From assembly GCA_038883715.1 (NCBI GenBank), contig JAVZLS010000003.1, forward strand, positions 32,001-96,000: a DNA stretch of 64,000 nucleotides, read 5' to 3'. The notes beneath the pieces are model-generated. The model searched no databases, was not told the DNA's origin, and was given only the letters and a program-made list of their open reading frames with translations. Origin of the DNA: Candidatus Bathyarchaeia archaeon. Lineage in GTDB: Archaea > Thermoproteota > Bathyarchaeia > Bathyarchaeales > Bathycorpusculaceae. Shown here piece by piece: positions 58,350 to 64,000 of the stretch; positions within the stretch are counted from its first letter, which is position 1, and each line of letters opens with the position of its first letter. The position numbers were made by a program, and so were the translations under genes.

Positions 58350-58835
58350 CTACATCTTTCTTTCAGCACTTTTCATAATTATTTGGAGAAGCTCTTCTTC
58401 TAAGGTTAATCCTAACTTCGGATTCTCAACCATCCTTCCCAGCTCCACACATTCTTTGTTAAAAATTAGAATTAAGGGGATTTTGTCCACGTTAAACGTT
58501 TCAACCTCTGGTGGTGATGGCGGAATGCTCCATTTCCGTTTAGGACCTAGCGGGTCCCTCTTTAGCCCTCCGAAAATTCTGACCTCTAATCCCGTGGCTT
58601 CCGACAACAACGCTAAAATTGGGATGTTGGCGGCGCAATCTTTGCACCATTCAGCGGAAAAAGCAACCACTACAACGTTGTTTGCGAGCTTCTTCAATTT
58701 GCTAACCGCTTCTGGGTTTAGCTTGTACGCCTTCTTCCGTTCAAGAAATTTTTCGCGGAAGGGTTCACTGATATTTGCGATGTATTGATTTACGGACACT
58801 GTTCTCTGTTTGATCTGCTCTAAGTCGATTTTCAT
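58350..58835 (-). CDS. Thioredoxin-family protein
   Basis: AEWCKDC, KIP, GR..E.P. Confidence 0.85.
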   Translation of the reverse strand: MKIDLEQIKQRTVSVNQYIANISEPFREKFLERKKAYKLNPEAVSKLKKLANNVVVVAFSAEWCKDCAANIPILALLSEATGLEVRIFGGLKRDPLGPKRKWSIPPSPPEVETFNVDKIPLILIFNKECVELGRMVENPKLGLTLEEELLQIIMKSAERKM

Positions 58836-58838
58836 TTG

Positions 58839-60119
58839 TTAACCCGGCATTATTGTCTGATTCACAAATTCGCCTCTGACATATTGGTGGGGATAAATTT
58901 TTGTCGCCTTGAGAAGGCAGCCTTCGGCTATTGTGACGTCATCCGCTATAACCGAAATTTCGCTTATTTTTGTTGGTTTTCTTGCACTGGAGCGGATTGT
59001 TACATGTCTCCCTATTATGCTGTCTTTTATTTCGGCTTTCGCCTCTATTATGGCTCTGTCCATTACGGCGGAGTTTTCTATGGTCACTCCATCCTCTATT
59101 TTTGTGTAGTTGTCGATGCACGAGTTTGCGATGCGCACCCCATCGCCTATTTCACAGTGCCGCCCAATCAGAACTGAGCCTTCAACCTCAATTTTTCCCT
59201 CTTTAATCTTCCTTATAATTTCCTTTCGACGCTTAATGGATTCTGGACTTTCACCTTGAACCCAAACCCTCGTTCTTTCGTCTATCCTTCCACCGAAATC
59301 TGTAAGTGAAGAGAAGCGTCCTTCAAGCATGTCTCTCATGGCTTCCAAATATCGTCTTGGAGTGCCAACATCATACCAGTTCCCCTTCAGAACATAGCCG
59401 TAAACTGGTCTGCCAGTCTCTATCACATATGGAATAAAGTCGTAGCCAAAGTCCAGACGGTTTCGCTCTTTCATTAGTTTTTTAACACCCTTTTCTTTGA
59501 AAATTTTCCTTATTTCTGGAGAGACCATGTATAAGCCGGTGTTAGCCAGATTTGACGGCGCCTCCTTTGGTGTTGGCTTTTCCACAAATTTACGGATTCT
59601 CATGTCTTTGTCTATGTCAGCTATTCCATAACCCTCGGCATCTTCAACTTCTCTGAGGGCTATTGTTATAACCGCTTCTTTCTTGCGGTGAAATTCAATG
59701 AGTTCTTTCAAATCGACGTCAAATATGTTGTCTCCTTGAACCGCAAACACGGGGTCCCTCACGTTGTAGTATTCTATGTTTATTCTCGCCGAGTCGGCGC
59801 TTCCCAAGTCGTCTATGTTTGGCTGGTATTTAATGTGCACACGGGGCGTTATACCATAACGGGCTGAAAAACCGTAACCAGACTCGAAATAGTCATGCAA
59901 ATCCCTATAATTGGTGTATCCTTTAACACCAAAGATGAAGTTTCTAATGCCTTGACGAGCGAGGGACAATAGCGAGAATTCTATGAGGGGTCTGTTTAGT
60001 AGGCGGATGCAAGCCTTGCTGGTTTCTGCTGTTAACGGCAGCAGCCTTGTGGCTTTACCTCCTACTGGAATTATGACTCGTAACCTCTCCGGTTCATAGT
60101 TGTGGCGCAAAAACTCCAC
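58839..60119 (-). CDS. NDP-sugar pyrophosphorylase with C-terminal left-handed beta-helix
   Basis: GG.ATRLLPLT...K, GD, FVEKP, WYDVGT, hexapeptide repeats. Confidence 0.9.
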   Translation of the reverse strand: MEFLRHNYEPERLRVIIPVGGKATRLLPLTAETSKACIRLLNRPLIEFSLLSLARQGIRNFIFGVKGYTNYRDLHDYFESGYGFSARYGITPRVHIKYQPNIDDLGSADSARINIEYYNVRDPVFAVQGDNIFDVDLKELIEFHRKKEAVITIALREVEDAEGYGIADIDKDMRIRKFVEKPTPKEAPSNLANTGLYMVSPEIRKIFKEKGVKKLMKERNRLDFGYDFIPYVIETGRPVYGYVLKGNWYDVGTPRRYLEAMRDMLEGRFSSLTDFGGRIDERTRVWVQGESPESIKRRKEIIRKIKEGKIEVEGSVLIGRHCEIGDGVRIANSCIDNYTKIEDGVTIENSAVMDRAIIEAKAEIKDSIIGRHVTIRSSARKPTKISEISVIADDVTIAEGCLLKATKIYPHQYVRGEFVNQTIMPG

Positions 60120-60224
60120 CAGCTTTTACAATGCATATTATGATTAAGCGTATTAAACTTTCTAAAGGGAGACGCGAATTTTATAACTAAAACCAAATTA
60201 TTTTAATGCGAAAGGTTTAGGGTT

Positions 60225-61094
60225 ATGAACAAAATCTTCGGCTTCGTTCGTTTGATACGCCCTGTAAACTGTTTGATGATGGGTTTTGCCGTTATAGTTG
60301 GTGCAACCATTGCAGATCCGAAGGGTTTAACAATTCATTTATGGAGCCTCATCTACGGTTTTTTCACAGGTTTTTTGCTAACGGCGGCAGCCATGACCAT
60401 AAACGACTATTATGATAGGGAGATAGACGCCATAAACGAGCCTTCTAGACCTATCCCGAGCGGCGTAATTAAGCCAACGGAGGCACTTGTCTTCGCCCTT
60501 TTGCTCACAGCATCGGGCTTGGCGACAGCTGCCATCGCATGCGTTGCCACAAAGTTCATTCATTGTTTTTTAATAGCTTTAATTTTTTGGCTAATTTCAG
60601 TAGCATATGCCACCGTTGGGAAGCGAACTGGGCTTCTGGGAAACTTCTTGGTTAGCGCGTGTGTTTCAGCTCCTTTTGTCTATGGAAGCTTAACTGTAAC
60701 TAACAAAGTTGTATTGAACATGTGGATTTTCGTTTCCATGGTTTTTCTGTCGAACACGGGAAGAGAAATAACGAAAGGTATTGTTGACATTGAAGGAGAT
60801 AAAGCACGAAACGTGCGCACTTTAGCTGTCCTCTTTGGACCGCGCAAAGCCGCAGTTGCAGCATCCATCTTTTACTTATTAGCCGTTGCTTTGACTCCAC
60901 TGCCGCCAGCCTTAAATCTCGTTTCAGCGTGGTTTATCCCCATAGTAGCCATAACAGACATAGGATTGGCGGCATCTTCAATTTCAATTTTAAGGGACTA
61001 TACAAGGGAGAACGCCAAAAAAGTGAAAAACCATGTTTTGTTATGGTTTTTTGCAGGACTTATTGCCTTCGTGGCAGGAAGTTTGTTACGTTAA
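60225..61094 (+). CDS. Digeranylgeranylglyceryl phosphate synthase (UbiA family)
   Basis: IRPVN, NDYYDREIDAIN.P.RPIPSG, REI.K.IVD.EGD. Confidence 0.88.
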   Translation: MNKIFGFVRLIRPVNCLMMGFAVIVGATIADPKGLTIHLWSLIYGFFTGFLLTAAAMTINDYYDREIDAINEPSRPIPSGVIKPTEALVFALLLTASGLATAAIACVATKFIHCFLIALIFWLISVAYATVGKRTGLLGNFLVSACVSAPFVYGSLTVTNKVVLNMWIFVSMVFLSNTGREITKGIVDIEGDKARNVRTLAVLFGPRKAAVAASIFYLLAVALTPLPPALNLVSAWFIPIVAITDIGLAASSISILRDYTRENAKKVKNHVLLWFFAGLIAFVAGSLLR

Positions 61095-61173
61095 AAATTG
61101 TCCACGCTCAATGTTCTAGAAGTTGGAATTATAAGCACTCCCAGCTATTACTTTCATTGAGAGCCAATTTGAA

Positions 61174-61629
61174 GTGCTGCAATTGCATAGTGAAGAAGAA
61201 AACAAACTTGAGTATGCCCTCCGCGGGAAGGCTTGGAAAGTTTACTGGCTTCTCTTGAAAAACGGGCGCCCAATGAGTGTACGCGAGGTTCAAAAGGCTT
61301 TACATTTCAGCAGCCCAAGCGTGGCACAACACCACCTTGAACAATTAAGAGAAATGGGCTTAGTTCAAAAACAGGAGGTGGGCGGCCACTACTACCTTGT
61401 AGGCGAAGTTAAAATTGGTGTACTTCGCCACTTTGTTAAGTTGGGCAAACTTATCTTTCCAAGATACTTGTTTTACGCTGTTTTCTCCACAACCTTCTAT
61501 GTGACCTACCTCATACTTTCCATGCCCAATTTCACACGAGAAAGCCTATTCCTCATAGTTTTCGGAGCCATCGTAACGACAATATTCTGGTATGAAACTA
61601 TACGAGTATGGTCGTTGAAGCCGTTCTAA
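61174..61629 (+). CDS. Winged-HTH protein with two C-terminal TM helices
   Basis: VREVQKAL.FSSPSVAQHHLEQL...GLV; hydrophobic C-terminus. Confidence 0.75.
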   Translation: MLQLHSEEENKLEYALRGKAWKVYWLLLKNGRPMSVREVQKALHFSSPSVAQHHLEQLREMGLVQKQEVGGHYYLVGEVKIGVLRHFVKLGKLIFPRYLFYAVFSTTFYVTYLILSMPNFTRESLFLIVFGAIVTTIFWYETIRVWSLKPF

Positions 61630-61699
61630 CAGCTGGAAGAATTGTACCAAAAATTAGGATAAAATAAAAGGAAAAGATGGTTTTAAGCGGTGAAGCACA

Positions 61700-63517
61700 T
61701 TGTTAAGGGAAGTTAAGAGACGAGTGGTGATTTATGGATTAGCGGCTGTTCTTGTCGCTTTAATGCTTGGGGCTTTGTGCTCCAACCTTGGAGTGCAACC
61801 AACGGAAATCCAGAATCAACCTTTTCCACAACCAACCCCGCAACCATCCCCCCAACCATCTCCTGAACCTTCACCAGAGCCAACGCCTCAGCCCTCATCG
61901 CAATTTCTGAAAACCTTCTCATCGTATCAGGAGCTTCTAAACTTTCTAATGGAAAACGCAAATGTTGGGATCTATCCGTTTTATGGACCAGAAGACCTTA
62001 GAATATTAGCAATGAGTCCAACACCTGTTTACAGCGAAGTTGAATATTCAACTACAAATGTCCAAGTGGCGGGGGTCGACGAAGCAGACATCGTAAAAAG
62101 CGATGGCGAATACATGTACGTGATAGCTAGCAACAACATCTATATTTTAAAGGCTTACCCACCAGAAGAAGCTGCTTTAATATCAAAAATAACATTTGAA
62201 AACAGTACATATCCGGCGGGATTATTTATAAGCTCTAATGGCAATAAACTGGTGGTTCTTGGAAGCAAATACGGTTTTCAGCCATGGACCTATTATTACA
62301 GAAGTTGCTATGTTATTGATGGCAAAGCGTTCATTCACGTTTATGACATCTCGAACAAAAAGAATCCTATCTTAGTGAAAGATTTTACAATGAGCGGGCA
62401 CTATTTTAACTCAAGAACGATTGGCGAATACGTTTATGCTGTTATCAGCCAACCAGTCTACATAATCTATGGCGACGTTATTCTTCCAAAAATTTACTTG
62501 AAGGATGGCATCAGAGAGATTGAAGCTACAAAAATATATTATTCCAACGTGTCCGAGGAATACTACACCTTTACAACAATCGTCGCTTTAAACATGATGA
62601 ACGAAACCGAGGAGCCAAACACTTTAACCCTAATGATGGGGGGAACAAGCAACCTATACGTCTCGTTAAATAACATTTACATAACATTTCACAGCTTCGA
62701 TTGGCAAACAATAATCTACAGGATAAGGATAGAAAATAGAACCATGAACTGGGAAGCAACTGGAACGGTGCCAGGTCATGAACTCAACCAATTTTCCATG
62801 GACGAATATGACAGCTACTTTAGAATTACAACGGCACGGTGGGTGAACGAGATACGGACAAATGACCTATACATATTAGATATGAATCTGACCATTGTTG
62901 GAAACCTTACGGATATAGCGCCTGGTGAAAACTTAGACTCAACAAGGTTTATTGGAAATCGTTGCTACCTTACAACATCAGTCTTGCGGAAAGATCCGTT
63001 CTTTGTGGTAGATGTTGAAAACCCTAGAGAACCAAAGTTTTTGGGCAAACTGGACATCCCAGGGTTTACAAGATACTTGCACCCATACGACGAGAACCAC
63101 CTAATAGGCGTCGGCATAGATGAAAACAACAGAGTGCAGATACTCATGTTTAATGTAAGTAATGTTAGCAAACCATTTGTGACAAGTAACTTCACAATTC
63201 CAAGGAGTTCGAACACGCCAGTGTTGTGGGAGCATAAGGCGTTTCTCTTTAATAAGGCAAAAGAGTTGCTAGTTATGCCAGTGTTCATATACGACTATTC
63301 GTGGCAAGGGGTCTACATATTTGACACATCAGAATACAAATTTACATTAAAAGGAAATGTCACCCACTTGGACGCAGGTGCCAACGGTTGGGATTATGCC
63401 TACCAAATAGAAAGGGCATTATACATTGAAGACATGCTTTATACGGTGTCTGACAAGAAACTAAAGATAAACTGGTTGGAAGACCTTTCGCCAATAAGAG
63501 AAATCGTCTTCCCCTAA
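61700..63517 (+). CDS. Secreted beta-propeller protein (COG4880-like)
   Basis: Signal anchor, YSTTNVQVAGVDEADIVK.DG, NQFSMDE, DPFFVVD, IPGF..YLHP, HKAF. Confidence 0.85.
   Translation: MLREVKRRVVIYGLAAVLVALMLGALCSNLGVQPTEIQNQPFPQPTPQPSPQPSPEPSPEPTPQPSSQFLKTFSSYQELLNFLMENANVGIYPFYGPEDLRILAMSPTPVYSEVEYSTTNVQVAGVDEADIVKSDGEYMYVIASNNIYILKAYPPEEAALISKITFENSTYPAGLFISSNGNKLVVLGSKYGFQPWTYYYRSCYVIDGKAFIHVYDISNKKNPILVKDFTMSGHYFNSRTIGEYVYAVISQPVYIIYGDVILPKIYLKDGIREIEATKIYYSNVSEEYYTFTTIVALNMMNETEEPNTLTLMMGGTSNLYVSLNNIYITFHSFDWQTIIYRIRIENRTMNWEATGTVPGHELNQFSMDEYDSYFRITTARWVNEIRTNDLYILDMNLTIVGNLTDIAPGENLDSTRFIGNRCYLTTSVLRKDPFFVVDVENPREPKFLGKLDIPGFTRYLHPYDENHLIGVGIDENNRVQILMFNVSNVSKPFVTSNFTIPRSSNTPVLWEHKAFLFNKAKELLVMPVFIYDYSWQGVYIFDTSEYKFTLKGNVTHLDAGANGWDYAYQIERALYIEDMLYTVSDKKLKINWLEDLSPIREIVFP
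61817..61900 (+). repeat. Pro-rich tetrapeptide linker repeat (PQPS/PEPT)
   Basis: QPFPQPTPQPSPQPSPEPSPEPTPQPS from imperfect 12-bp repeats. Confidence 0.8.
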
Positions 63518-64000
63518 ACTCCTTCCTTTTTTGGTTCCATGTGAACCGTGACTATGGTTTCTGTGAATCTTCGTTTCACTCCATTCTCGATTTTTGATGC
63601 CACTTTGTGGGCTTCCTCTATTGAGATTTGACTTGTGAAACAGCAGTCTATGTTTATGTAGCGTTTCCCGCCTACAATGTATGTGACTATTCGCTTAACT
63701 GAGAACACTTGTTGCAGGCTTTCAGCCGTTTTATAGATTACTTGCTGAATTTCCCTTTCATCCACTACTGGGCCTCGCTGTTTCATGTTAAATGGTTCAA
63801 TGTGAACTGTTACGTTGCTGACGTTTTCCAGTTTTTCGCTTAGCCTGCCCTCTATCTTCTCAGCAAGCTCATGAGCTTCACTTACAGACAAAGAAGGATC
63901 AACATACGCGTGCAATGTAACGTAGAGTTTGCCACGGGAATAAACAACGTTTACTTCGTGAACCTCTTTGACGCCCTCAACTTCCCTAGCCAACTTTTCC
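63514..64000 (-). CDS. Cation diffusion facilitator (FieF-like), C-terminal repeated dimerisation domains; 5' part outside the window
   Basis: Twice EAH..A.KIE...VTVH.EP. Confidence 0.8.
   Translation of the reverse strand, partial: EKLAREVEGVKEVHEVNVVYSRGKLYVTLHAYVDPSLSVSEAHELAEKIEGRLSEKLENVSNVTVHIEPFNMKQRGPVVDEREIQQVIYKTAESLQQVFSVKRIVTYIVGGKRYINIDCCFTSQISIEEAHKVASKIENGVKRRFTETIVTVHMEPKKEGV

Noticed and set aside
1-64000. CRISPR arrays, IS elements, and the many short antisense ORFs in the track
   Set aside because: No spaced direct repeats or transposase motifs seen; the short ORFs are shadows of well-supported genes.

Overview
Archaeal chromosomal window, most likely Bathyarchaeia/TACK lineage (inferred from gene repertoire: aRF1, pelota, L31e/L39e/S19e, eIF6, Spt5, EndA with a crenarchaeal-type loop, DGGGP synthase, H4MPT/F420 C1 enzymes). 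It is mostly housekeeping: two translation/ribosomal-protein clusters, RNase P RNA, three tRNAs (tRNA-Leu carries a non-canonical D-arm intron), RtcB/archease/EndA, a speD-bpsA polyamine operon and lipid/sugar genes. The most notable content is (i) a four-gene operon after tRNA-Ala encoding surface proteins with transcobalamin-like DUF4430 domains (one fused to an alpha/alpha barrel, the transcobalamin/intrinsic-factor layout) plus a CbrT-like ECF S component, a candidate archaeal corrinoid-scavenging system; (ii) a neighbouring C1 cluster (ftr, frhB-like, mtd) that also encodes a bacterial-type MtdA/B fused to a TraB/Tiki-like domain; (iii) a MoxR AAA+/VWA pair facing two unknown helical proteins. 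Also seen: a probable CUG start for rpl10, an unlisted rpl39e and two frameshifted genes. No CRISPR array, transposase or integrase was seen. All family assignments come from motif recognition by eye, not database searches.
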